Assembly: GCA_965644315.1 (NCBI GenBank) | Contig: CBFFRQ010000026.1 | Location: forward strand, 7,103-71,102 | Reading direction: 5' to 3' | Length of the DNA: 64,000 nt | Source of the DNA: Caecitellus pseudoparvulus | Taxonomy: Eukaryota; Protista; Bigyra: Bicosoecida | Shown: positions 9,244 through 19,100 of the stretch, one piece after another | Position numbering within the stretch: the first letter of the stretch is position 1 | Layout: each line of letters starts with the position of its first letter | Notes under the pieces: generated by a model | The model's input: the letters and a program-made list of their open reading frames with translations, nothing else | What the model was told of the DNA's origin: nothing | Databases searched by the model: none | Position numbers and translations under genes: made by a program

Positions 9244-12200
9244 ATGCCTTGCGCAATGCCACAGGCAGCACACGCACCAGCTGGAGGTTTTGGAGCTGCT
9301 GAAGATAGTCATGCTGGCGGGGGTGATGTGAAGACCGGTGTGCTGGTGGCGTGCCTGGTCAAGTTGCAGTGCGAGCCAGGAAGGGAGCTGCGGCATGGCC
9401 CAGCACTGCGTGGGCTTGTGGCGATGGGGCACGGCGAAACACCTGCTGCAGGTGATGCTCCCACAGCTATGACCCTTGTGGAGCTGGAGAGTCTGCTGCG
9501 CGGTGCAGGGAGTGCCCTTCTTGACCGCGCTGGGCAGCTCAAAGGGCAGCTTCTGAGCAAGAGTGTGTGCGCTGCACTGGAGTACTTGTCCTTTCGGTGC
9601 TTCTGTGCACTGGGGAGCCTGCACCAGGCAGTGTCTGGGGTGGGTGTGGAGGAAGTGCCGGGTGGAGATGCGGTGTGGGGTCCCATAGTGGAGGCGTGGG
9701 GCAGTGTGCGCGCCGGCGCCGATGTGGAGGGAGCGCTGGCAGACCTGACACGATGGTGGCAGAGCCGCGAAGCTCCCAGTGTGGATGCTGGTGGGGTGGC
9801 AGTGGCACCTGGCCAGAGCGCTGGTGACGCCGCTGTGGATAAGGCGCTGGCGTCCATGAAGGAGCAAGCCGCCTTGCTTCGTGGCGAGGCAGCAGGCGAC
9901 CTGAGGAGTGACGCCGCCGCGGAGCACTTGGAGTCAGCTGTGGTTGCAGTGGAGGAGCTGCGCCAGCTGCTGGTGTGCAGTGCGGCAATCAGTGGTCACA
10001 AGCTGACGGCTGCAGCGGGCATCGACCTGGATGCCGGCGTGAGCTTCAAGAGTGGGAAGGAAGCGAGTGTGTACATGGCTGAGAGCAGCATCGTCCCTGA
10101 CATGGGGACCAATGCCAGTGATGTCATCGAGTGGGCGGCAGCGGCAGACTTGGGAGCCTCAGCGCTGGCCCGGGGGATCGCGGCGGTGAAGCGCGCTGAA
10201 GCCACTCGCAAGGTCCATGGTCTGCCCCGAGTGGCTCAAGCTGCGCATGGGCTGGCACTGACCCACAACTGCGCCGGGTCCAGGCCGGATGAGCCGCTGG
10301 GTGTGCGCAGTGATGTGGCGGTGCAGGCACAGTGTGAGCGAGGGTGGCCGCTGGCAGGAATGGTGCGAAACGACGCTTGGCAGGATGTCGCTTTGGAGGT
10401 GAAGCAACGCGTGTGTTTGAAGGTGCTGAGAGCATGTGCTGTGGTGGAGGCATGTGGTGTGGAGGTTGGCAGGCTGTCGCTGGGGAGCTTTGTGGTGGTG
10501 GGTGTGGAGAGCTGCAGCGTGGCTGCGTTGGCCGAGGCAGTGGGTGGGTGTGGGGTTGAAGTATTGCTGAGTGCATGCTGTGGAGCATGGGATGGGAGTA
10601 GTGGCATCAGTAGAGCTGTTGATGTTGGTGCTGATGTGGCAAGCGTGTTGCATGCGGTGCTTGGGACGACAGAGGCTGGGTCAGCATCGGCAGAGCAAGG
10701 GCTTGCGAGCCACAGCGAAGTTGGGGAGCACGCACTGTCCAGCACACTTGGTGCACTGGCAGAGGGTGGCAGCACATGCTGCATGGCTGCCTACGCACTG
10801 GCCTGTGAGGCTTGCTGCGGGAGCGTTGCAAGTCTGCCTGCGACCGACCGTGCCGTGGTGGACTATTTAAACCGCTTGAAAGCAACACTTGCAGCGGCAC
10901 CTGCGGATCGACTTCCTTCTGAAACAATGAAGCAGGCTTGCTGCGATGGAAGTGCTGACATTGTGCGACTGTTGCTGGGTTTCACTCATTGTGAGTCAGA
11001 GTGGGTGCCTGCGAGGGATCGTTTTGGAGTGCAAGCCGGCTTCCAGCACGCTTGTCGTAATGGGCATGCGGAGGTGGTTCGCGAGCTGCTGGCAATGCTG
11101 GGCAGCCGCGCAGTTGATGTCCATGAAAAAGACGAGGAGGGCCCGGAGGCTGCTCTCCGAGCCGCATGCACCCGTGGTCACTTGGACGTGGTGCGCGAGT
11201 TGCTGTCCCTGAGTGGCGATCGTGCTGCAGATGTACATGCAAGGTTCCGTTGTGGTCCCGAGTCCAGCTTCCGAGTCGCATGCGCTCATGGCCACTTGGA
11301 CGTGGTGCGCGAGTTGCTGTCCCTGGGCGGCGATCGTGCCGTCAATGTGCACGCACGAGATGCCGAGGGACCTGAGTCCGGCTTCCGAGTCGCATGCACT
11401 CATGGCCACTTGGACGTGGTGCGCGAGCTGCTGTCCCTAGGGGGCGATCGTGCCGTCAATGTGCACGCACGAGATGCCGAGGGACCAGAGTCTGGCTTCC
11501 GAGTCGCATGCGCTCATGGCCACTTGGACGTGGTGCGCGAGCTGCTGTCCCTGGGCGGCGATCGTGCCGTCAATGTGCACGCACGAGATGCCGAGGGACC
11601 AGAGTCTGGCTTCCGAGTCGCATGCGCTCATGGCCACTTGGACGTGGTGCGCGAGCTGCTGTCCCTGGGCGGCGATCGTGCCGTCAATGTGCACGCGCGA
11701 GATGATCGAAGCCCCGAGGCTGGCTTCACCGCAGCCTGCGCCAATGGTCACTTGGGCATGGTGCGCGAGCTGCTGTCCCTGAGTGGCAGTCGCACGGTGG
11801 ATGTGCGCGCCGGGGATGGGCAGGGATCTGATGCGGGCTTCCGGTGGGCTTGCTACAATGGCCATGCTGCTGTCGTTCACGAGCTGCTGAGTCTCACAGG
11901 CCGTCGGACTGTGAACGTGCACGCACGAGATGCCGAGGGACCAGAGTCTGGCTTCCGAGTCGCATGCGCTCATGGCCACTTGGACGTGGTGCGCGAGCTG
12001 CTGTCCCTGGGCGGCGATCGTGCCGTCAATGTGCATGCACGAGATGCCGAGGGACCAGAGTCTGGCTTCCGAGTCGCATGCGCTCATGGCCACTTGGACG
12101 TGGTGCGCGAGCTGCTGTCCCTGGGCGGCGATCGTGCCGTCAATGTGCACGCACGAGATGCCGAGGGACCTGAGTCCGGCTTCCGAGTCGCATGCGCTCA

Positions 12201-12999
12201 TGGTCACTTGGACGTGGTGCGCGAGCTGCTGTCCCTGGGCGGCGATCGTGCCGTCAATGTGCATGCGCGAGATGATCGAAGCCCCGAGGCTGGCTTCACC
12301 GCAGCCTGCGCCAATGGTCACTTGGACGTGGTGCGCGAGCTGCTGTCCCTGAGTGGCAGTCGCACGGTGGATGTGCGCGCCGGGGATGGGCAGGGATCTG
12401 ATGCGGGCTTCCGGTGGGCTTGCTACAATGGCCATGCTGATGTCGTTCACGAGCTGCTGGGTCTCACAGGCCGTCGGACTGTGAACGTGCACGCAAAGGG
12501 TCCCGCTGGAGCTGCGTACGGCTTTCGCTGGGCATGCACCAACGGCCACGTTGCCGTCGTGCGTGAGCTGCTTTCCCTCAAGGGAGAGCGAGCTTTGAAC
12601 GTGCATACAAGAGATTTCGATGGGCCTGAGGCTGGCTTTCGCATGGCGTGCAGGAATGGCCATGCTGATGTGGTGCATGAGTTGCTGGCACTCACGGGCG
12701 ATCAGACAGTGGATGTACACGCGAAGGATGCCGATGGACCTGAGGCTGGCTTTCGTATGGCGTGCAAGAATGGACATGCTGATGTGGTGCATGAACTGCT
12801 GACTCTCACAGGGAGCAGGGCGATAAATGTGCACGTGAGAGATGAGTATGGGCCAGAAGCTGGGTTTCGGCTTGCTTGCGCTGGCGGGCACGTGGACGTT
12901 GTGCGCGAGCTACTGGCACTGACAGGCGCACAAAGAGTGCCTGCCAGATTGAGACAACGAGCGCGCAAGTTCCCAAGTTTGGAGGGCATGCTGGATTGA
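9244..12999 (+). CDS. Helical N-terminus + degenerate (pseudo)kinase-like region + about 17 ankyrin repeats
   Basis: 1251-codon ORF; the true start is uncertain (ATG 9244, 9424 or 9469). The C-terminal repeats FxxACxxGHxxVVxELL are ankyrin-type. The central region has kinase-like remnants (SGKEASVY; QCERGWPLAGMV; VCLKVLRACAVVEACGVEVGRLSLGSFVV). Confidence 0.8.
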   Translation: MPCAMPQAAHAPAGGFGAAEDSHAGGGDVKTGVLVACLVKLQCEPGRELRHGPALRGLVAMGHGETPAAGDAPTAMTLVELESLLRGAGSALLDRAGQLKGQLLSKSVCAALEYLSFRCFCALGSLHQAVSGVGVEEVPGGDAVWGPIVEAWGSVRAGADVEGALADLTRWWQSREAPSVDAGGVAVAPGQSAGDAAVDKALASMKEQAALLRGEAAGDLRSDAAAEHLESAVVAVEELRQLLVCSAAISGHKLTAAAGIDLDAGVSFKSGKEASVYMAESSIVPDMGTNASDVIEWAAAADLGASALARGIAAVKRAEATRKVHGLPRVAQAAHGLALTHNCAGSRPDEPLGVRSDVAVQAQCERGWPLAGMVRNDAWQDVALEVKQRVCLKVLRACAVVEACGVEVGRLSLGSFVVVGVESCSVAALAEAVGGCGVEVLLSACCGAWDGSSGISRAVDVGADVASVLHAVLGTTEAGSASAEQGLASHSEVGEHALSSTLGALAEGGSTCCMAAYALACEACCGSVASLPATDRAVVDYLNRLKATLAAAPADRLPSETMKQACCDGSADIVRLLLGFTHCESEWVPARDRFGVQAGFQHACRNGHAEVVRELLAMLGSRAVDVHEKDEEGPEAALRAACTRGHLDVVRELLSLSGDRAADVHARFRCGPESSFRVACAHGHLDVVRELLSLGGDRAVNVHARDAEGPESGFRVACTHGHLDVVRELLSLGGDRAVNVHARDAEGPESGFRVACAHGHLDVVRELLSLGGDRAVNVHARDAEGPESGFRVACAHGHLDVVRELLSLGGDRAVNVHARDDRSPEAGFTAACANGHLGMVRELLSLSGSRTVDVRAGDGQGSDAGFRWACYNGHAAVVHELLSLTGRRTVNVHARDAEGPESGFRVACAHGHLDVVRELLSLGGDRAVNVHARDAEGPESGFRVACAHGHLDVVRELLSLGGDRAVNVHARDAEGPESGFRVACAHGHLDVVRELLSLGGDRAVNVHARDDRSPEAGFTAACANGHLDVVRELLSLSGSRTVDVRAGDGQGSDAGFRWACYNGHADVVHELLGLTGRRTVNVHAKGPAGAAYGFRWACTNGHVAVVRELLSLKGERALNVHTRDFDGPEAGFRMACRNGHADVVHELLALTGDQTVDVHAKDADGPEAGFRMACKNGHADVVHELLTLTGSRAINVHVRDEYGPEAGFRLACAGGHVDVVRELLALTGAQRVPARLRQRARKFPSLEGMLD
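11023..12960 (+). repeat. Coding tandem array of 17 x 114-bp (38-aa) ankyrin units with a 570-bp higher-order duplication
   Basis: The unit EGPESGFRVACAHGHLDVVRELLSLGGDRAVNVHARDA recurs almost identically at DNA level. Units 4-8 recur as units 9-13 (gatgatcgaagccccgagg at 11701 and 12271, offset 570). Confidence 0.95.
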
Positions 13000-13309
13000 A
13001 GTGCCCTGCAAGAGTTGGGATGTTTGTGCGCAAAGCTTCTGTCGGAATTGCAGCGTCGTACAGGGACAAGTACAGGGTCATCCGGACTCGCTCGCCATGA
13101 GGCCTTGACGTTGATTGCTGCTCTGGCCTTGACAGTGGCTGCGGGCGTAGAACGCCGACAATCAACCATTGTAAGTGAAGCGTCTGAACTCGAACACAGT
13201 CGTCCGAACCGCCGTGGAGCCAAGGGGCACTTTCTCAGGTGCACCCGACGCCCTTTCCTGCATTGGTGAGGGCAACCAAAGCCGATGCCGCTTGGGATGC
13301 ATTGGCCAC

Positions 13310-15608
13310 TCAATCCACCTCATCAAGACGGACACAGTGTGCACCGGCACAAGCACCAGCTGCCGTAGCAGCGCGGCGTTGCGTGCCATCTGCCGCCTCC
13401 CCGGCTCTTCCACGATCAGTCGTCGGAATGAAATCTAACTTACACTTCAGCGCCGCATGCTTGGCTTCGTAGAGCTCCTTTTGACCGGAGTGGTTGGCAT
13501 CCAGCCACGCGGCAGCCTCGGCGACCACTTCGCTGGCAGCCCTCTTCTCCTCCTCTGACAGCAGGCCTGCGGCATGCTCGTCCTTGAGGACGCTCTTGAC
13601 CGAGACAACATAAAGCTCCAAGGCGGTCTTAGCCTCAATGCGGCGCTTTGCACGTGCATCTTTAGCCCTGAGTCTGCCAGCCGTGGACACCAGCGCTTTC
13701 AGCGTGTCCGGGGGTACGCAGTTCACGAAAGGCCTTATGACCGTTCTATGCTCTCGACCACCCCTCTTCTCAACAGCAGACACGTGCAGTATGCCATTTG
13801 TGCTGATGTCGAAGGTGATCTCAATCTGAGGCACGCCTTTTGGCATCGGAGGGATTCCATCAAGCCGAAGCTGTCCAAGAAACAGGTTGTCCTTCACCAT
13901 GGAACTGTCACCTTCAAACACGTTGACTTGCACGCTTGTTTGGTTATCAGAGTATGTGGTGATGGTTTGAGACTTTATGGCTGGCACGGTGGTGTTGCGG
14001 GGGATGATGGTCTCCATGGCACCTCCAGGAAATGAGACACCCAGGGCCATTGGGGTAACCGAGAGATCCAATATTTCATCCAGCTTGCCCCCCTTGTCAG
14101 CATTGGTGAGGATGGCAGCTGTCACAGAGGCACCGAATGCGACAGCCTCATCGGGGTTGACGCTGGTGCAGACGTCTTTGCTGAAGTAGGCTGTGAGCAT
14201 GGACCGGATGCGGGGGATGCGGGTGGAGCCGCCGACCAGCACGACCTCATGCACGTTGGACTTGGAGATCCCGGAGATTCCCAGCACTTCAGTCACAGGG
14301 CCGATTAGTTTGCTGAAGTCGGCGCTGCACAGCTCCTCAAAGAGTTCCCGGGTGATGATGGTGGAGTAGTCCAGTCCATCGAACAGGCTGTCGATCTCGA
14401 TGATGGCGTGTTGCGAGGTGGACAGGCTGCGCTTGGCACGCTCGCAAGCAGTGCGCAGGCGAGACCTGGCCCTGGCTGAAGTGCTTGGGTCTCTGGCAGG
14501 ATGCTTGCGCTTGAAGTCGGTGATGCAGTAGTCAATCAGGCGGTTGTCAAAGTCGACACCGCCCAGGTGAGTGTCCCCCGCGGTGGCCTTGACATCAAAG
14601 ATGCCGTCCTCCATGGTCAGCAGGGACACACTCAAGTTGCCGCCACCCATGTCGAAGACGAGCACGTTCTTCTCGCCGTCGGTCATGTCCAGGCCATACG
14701 TGATGGCGGCAGCCAGGGGCTCGTCGACGATGCGCAAGATGTACAGGCCGGAGATAACAGCGGAGTCCCTGATTGCCTGTCGCTGGCTCATATTGAATCT
14801 AGCAGGCACTGCTATGACAGCGTTAGTCACCTTCATGTCCAGGTAAGCCTCTGCCACCTCCTTCATCTTGTCAAGGACCATGGCACAGATCTCCTCTGCA
14901 TGGAAACGCTTGGTCTCACCGTTGTACGCCACCTGGACAAGCGGCTTGTCGCCTGGGCCCTCGACAAGACTGAAAGGCCAGTACTTGGCATCAGCCTGAA
15001 CATCAGGGTCGGAGAACTTCCGGCCGATGAGGCGCTTTGCGTTGAACACTGTGTTGGTGGGGTTTATGGCCATGTGGTGCCTGGCAGCGTCGCCGAACTG
15101 GCGCCCGCAGTCGGTGAAGGCCACATAGGAAGGTGTAGTGCGACATCCATGTCTGTGAGGAGGCGAGAGGACGGTGGAAGGTGATGCCGCCATGAGCCTG
15201 AAACTGGACCTTGGCCAGCGGCTGGGCTTCCGCCGCTGAGGTTGACCCAAGCCGAATGCTGTCCGTGCCCTGCATCCACGCACTCGTTGGCGATGATGTG
15301 CACAGTGTCTTGCTGCCACACACCAACACAAGAGGAAGAGGTGCCTGTGGGCGCGAAAGCATCGCAGGGTGCGGCGTAACTTCCCAGCAGCACTTGCGAG
15401 TGGGATCAAGGGAGCCACCACGCCAAAGTAATGCCGCACGCTGAACGAACCAAAGTCGATGCCGATGGCAGCTCCCCACTCCTGTGTATGAAAGGAGTGC
15501 AAATTGGAATCGATGAGCAGGTCTGTCACCGCGTTGGCGGGCTGCAAGCTGGTCGGGGCCGCAACGGCAAGTGCTGGTGTTACGCACCTCACGCGCAGCT
15601 GCAGCCAT
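13310..15608 (-). CDS. HSP70: Divergent cytosolic-type Hsp70
   Basis: Exons 15608-15588, 15481-15451, 15344-15284, 15152-13310 give [52 protein letters not shown]... Further motifs are NAKRLIGRKF, LVGGSTRIP, NPDEAVAFGA and GVPQIEITFDI. It ends in LDEVD (EEVD-like). Confidence 0.93.
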
Positions 15609-16197
15609 GGAGCTGGCCTTGTCTAGCTGCTCTGTCTCTCCTGCGAAGAAGGTAAGACGTGGCTTCTGTGGCGAGGACAGTAACTTCTTAACTTGCCCTT
15701 GCCATTTGGTGAGTGCCTTGTGCACAAGAGTTTTGATTTGCTTCGCGAGGTGCGATTGCAAGAAGCCAGTTCATATGCATATAAGGGACCAAACCTCGCC
15801 CACCAACACCCACAAGACGCCTCCACACCCGTGCTCAACTTTCACGCAGAAGTGCATGCATCTTGCCAGGCAAGCTGAATGGGCGCTTTTGTCGTCGGGC
15901 TTTGCCGGAGCGAGGAATTCATTGCAAGTGCTGGTCACAGATGAGCGTGAAAAAGAGCCTGGCTCTGCATCGTCTCCTATCATGTCCCCCTTTGCGCCAC
16001 TTTCTCAGACACAACACGCCTTCACGCTCTTGCGAATACTTGCTGTGCCTCATCCCGTCACGGTACACAGCGGCAGCCTTGCAGCGCTACGCACTTCAAC
16101 AGACATAGCACTCTGAGCATGGAAAGGAGAAGAATCGCGCGTGCATTTCAGGTGCTGCGCCACCGAAGGCTCCAACCACCACTCTGGCAGTGCGCGC

Positions 16198-19100
16198 TCA
16201 CGAATCCAAGGACAGGAGCAACGCAGTGCCTCGCAGCGTCCAGAAGTCTGGACCCTTTGGCCCCGCGTCCAGCGTAACGAGGCGCATAAATGACGGGCGC
16301 TCCCGCGTGCCGGTGCGGATGGGGTAGTAGTACAGGGGGCAGGCGTACTGGTTGGCTTTGCGCTTGCGTTTCCCGCCGGAGGCGGCCCGGTTCACAGGCT
16401 TGAAGTGCACGATGGGCATGGGCGCGAAGAGGTCCATGGGCTGCGGCTCCGCGAGCGCCCCGACGTCGTCGTCCCACTGGGCGCCTTCCAGGAACAGGCC
16501 GCGCACGAAGGCGCCGTCGTCGGGGTGGCGCTGGATGCTCTCGGCTCTGTCCCCAAAGATGGGGAACTCGAAGTCCAGGTTGTTCACCTCGTCACCCGCC
16601 TTACGCGCGGCAGTTTGCAGGAGGGCGGTGAAGAAGGAGGTGGGGTAGGTGAAGCCGGAAAGCCAGAAGACGCGGGGCAGCTCGCGGGTGCCCCACGCGG
16701 CCATTTGTTCGCAGCGCGAGATGAGGTCGCGCACCCAGGCGCCGAGGGGCTTGAGGCTTGGGTAGCAGAAGCCCCAGGCCTTGGGCACTGCGCCGGCGAG
16801 GATGGCGTCGAAGACTTCCTCCAGCTCTGGCGTGATGACGACGCGCCCAGCAATGCCGTCTTGCAGGTCGGCCAGGGTGCTGCGCACGCGGTGCAGGAGG
16901 CCCTGGTACCGCGCCAGTTCCTGCAGGAGGACGGTCTTGAGGGGGGCGGGGTCTGAGCGGCCTTCGAGGCCCCGTGCCAGCTCCCGCAGGTCAAAGGGCG
17001 GGGGCAGGGAGGCGGCCATGTCCTCTGCCACTGCCAGCACTTGCACCTCAGGGGGGGTGGTGTCCTTGGACACCTCGCGGGGCTGCAGGGACAGGACAGT
17101 GGACAGGAGGGCCTGCGTGTCCTGGATGGCGCTGGTGATGTCTGCGTTGGGGTGCTGTCCGAAGACCTCTGGCGGGTCGGCGCCGCCCCAGGTGTCGATG
17201 TGGGCGATGTAGGCGGCGAGGTCCCCTGCGTCAGGCAGAAAGTACTCTGACGTGGCGCGGCCGGGCGTGGGGGACAGCGGGTAGTGCGGGCGGGAGAGCA
17301 CCTCCGGGTTGAAGAACTTGTTGATGTACACGTTGCAGAGGCGGCGGTCCATGTCGTCGGTGATGCGCCCGCCGTAGTTGGCCTCCGCGATGAGGTAGCG
17401 CAGGGCGTCCCAGGGGGTGGCGTCGGGGTACCGCTCCAGGTACCGCACGAGGATGTCGTTGCAGATGGCGTAGTCGGAGTTGTTGAAGTCGTAGGGGATG
17501 TTCCAGCCCAGGGACTTGAACTTGCGGCGTTCCAGGAGGATGGCGTGGAACCACGTGAGCATGAAGAGCAGGTTCTTGTAGCGGTCCCCCGGCGTGCGGC
17601 GAGCGGCCGCCTCGAACTCCTCCTCGTTCAGCGTGTTGTACATGCGCTTCATGTTGGCGGCCAGGCCGCGCGGCGGCTGCAGGGTGATCTTGGTGCTGCG
17701 CTGCAAGATGGAGATGGGGAACTTGGGGTGGGGCGCCGAGGACAGCCAGAGGCGGAAGCCGTCCGCAGGGCTGCCCTCCCCCACCGCCGTGCAGTACTCC
17801 TCAATGATCTTCTCCAGGCGGGGCATCCAGGAGATGGACAGGTGGCAGTTCTGCAGCAGCACCCAGCTGCCGGTGGCCAGCCCTTGGCGGATGAGGGCTT
17901 CCGCCACAACGTCCTGCCCCTGCCCCAGGGAGCAGGATGCCAGGTCGCCCGACACGAGACCCTCAGCAGACAGGCGTTCGTGCAGGGACACCACCTGGGA
18001 GGTGGGGTCTGTCCCCGGCGACAGGACGAACACCAGGGGCATGTACTCGGAGGCGTCCCGCTCCACGTCAGCCAGCTTCAGCGGCGGCGGGCGCGTGAAC
18101 TCGGGGCCCAGGTTGGTGCTGATGTAGTCGTTGACGGCGAGCAGGACGCGGTCAGGGCGCAGGGCGCGCACGAGGATGAGGCGCTGCAGCTCGCTGAGCT
18201 TGCTGTCCCAGTCGCGGGGCAGGGGCGCTGACTCGGGGGCGGGGTCCGCCCACCACTCCCGCCAGCTGCGGTCGTCCTGTTCAAAGTCCGAGACGATGCC
18301 TGAGAAGGCGTCCACGGTGGTGTCCAGGACGTTGATGCTGTCCCAGGCGGCGGGGTTCTTGAGCCAGGCGGCGGGGTTGGGCCGCTGCCCCGCCCGGTCC
18401 AGCACGACGCCGCCCTTCAGGAAGAGGTCCCACTCCGCCTTGGGCACCTTGCCGGCGGCCTGCAGCTTGCGCACGCAGATTTGCAGGCTGAGCAGGGTCT
18501 TGTGCTCCTCGAACAGGCCCAGGCAGGCCCACTTGTACACGGCCAGGGTGTGGTGGGCGTTGATGAGGTCGATGCGGCGGGCCAGCTCCGCCTCGGGGGC
18601 CAGGGGCTTGCTGGCGGCGGACAGCTTCTCCTTCTCGCAGCGGTCCTGCACCTCCTTGATGGAGGACTGGAAGAGGGTGGAGTAGGCGGCCAGGGAGAAC
18701 TGGTACATGGGGTCCACGGCGCCCAAGTCGTTGAGGACGAAGTACAGCAGGGCGGCGCGCTGGGAGACGGGGCGGAAGGCCTGGCGCGCCTGCTCGATGC
18801 GCACGTCCTTCTCCTCGCTGATGGCCAGCTGGGCCGTGACGTCGGCGGAGGTGGTCTGGCTGGCCTGCAGCGTCTCCATGATGGCGTCGTTCTCGATGAG
18901 GCTGCCCGTCACCGTCTGCAGCTCGCTGAGGATCTTGTCCTCCAGCTCCACCAGCAGGGACTTGCCTGCCGCGACGGCCTTGACCAGGGCGTCCTTCTCC
19001 GTCTCCAGCTCTGGCTGCTCCAGCTGCACGACGAGGGACAGCATCTGGGCGTCCAGGCCCGCCTCCTTCACGGCGAAGTTAACGATGGCCACCTTGGTGC

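Noticed and set aside
11023-12960. Regular repeat array considered as CRISPR or non-coding satellite
   Set aside because: The unit is 114 bp, in frame, has no unique spacers and encodes ankyrin repeats; the context is eukaryotic.
8600-16150. Possible endogenous giant-virus or virophage insertion (ankyrin + Hsp70)
   Set aside because: No viral hallmark genes, integrase or TIRs were seen, GC is only modestly lower, and the Hsp70 has host-type spliceosomal introns.
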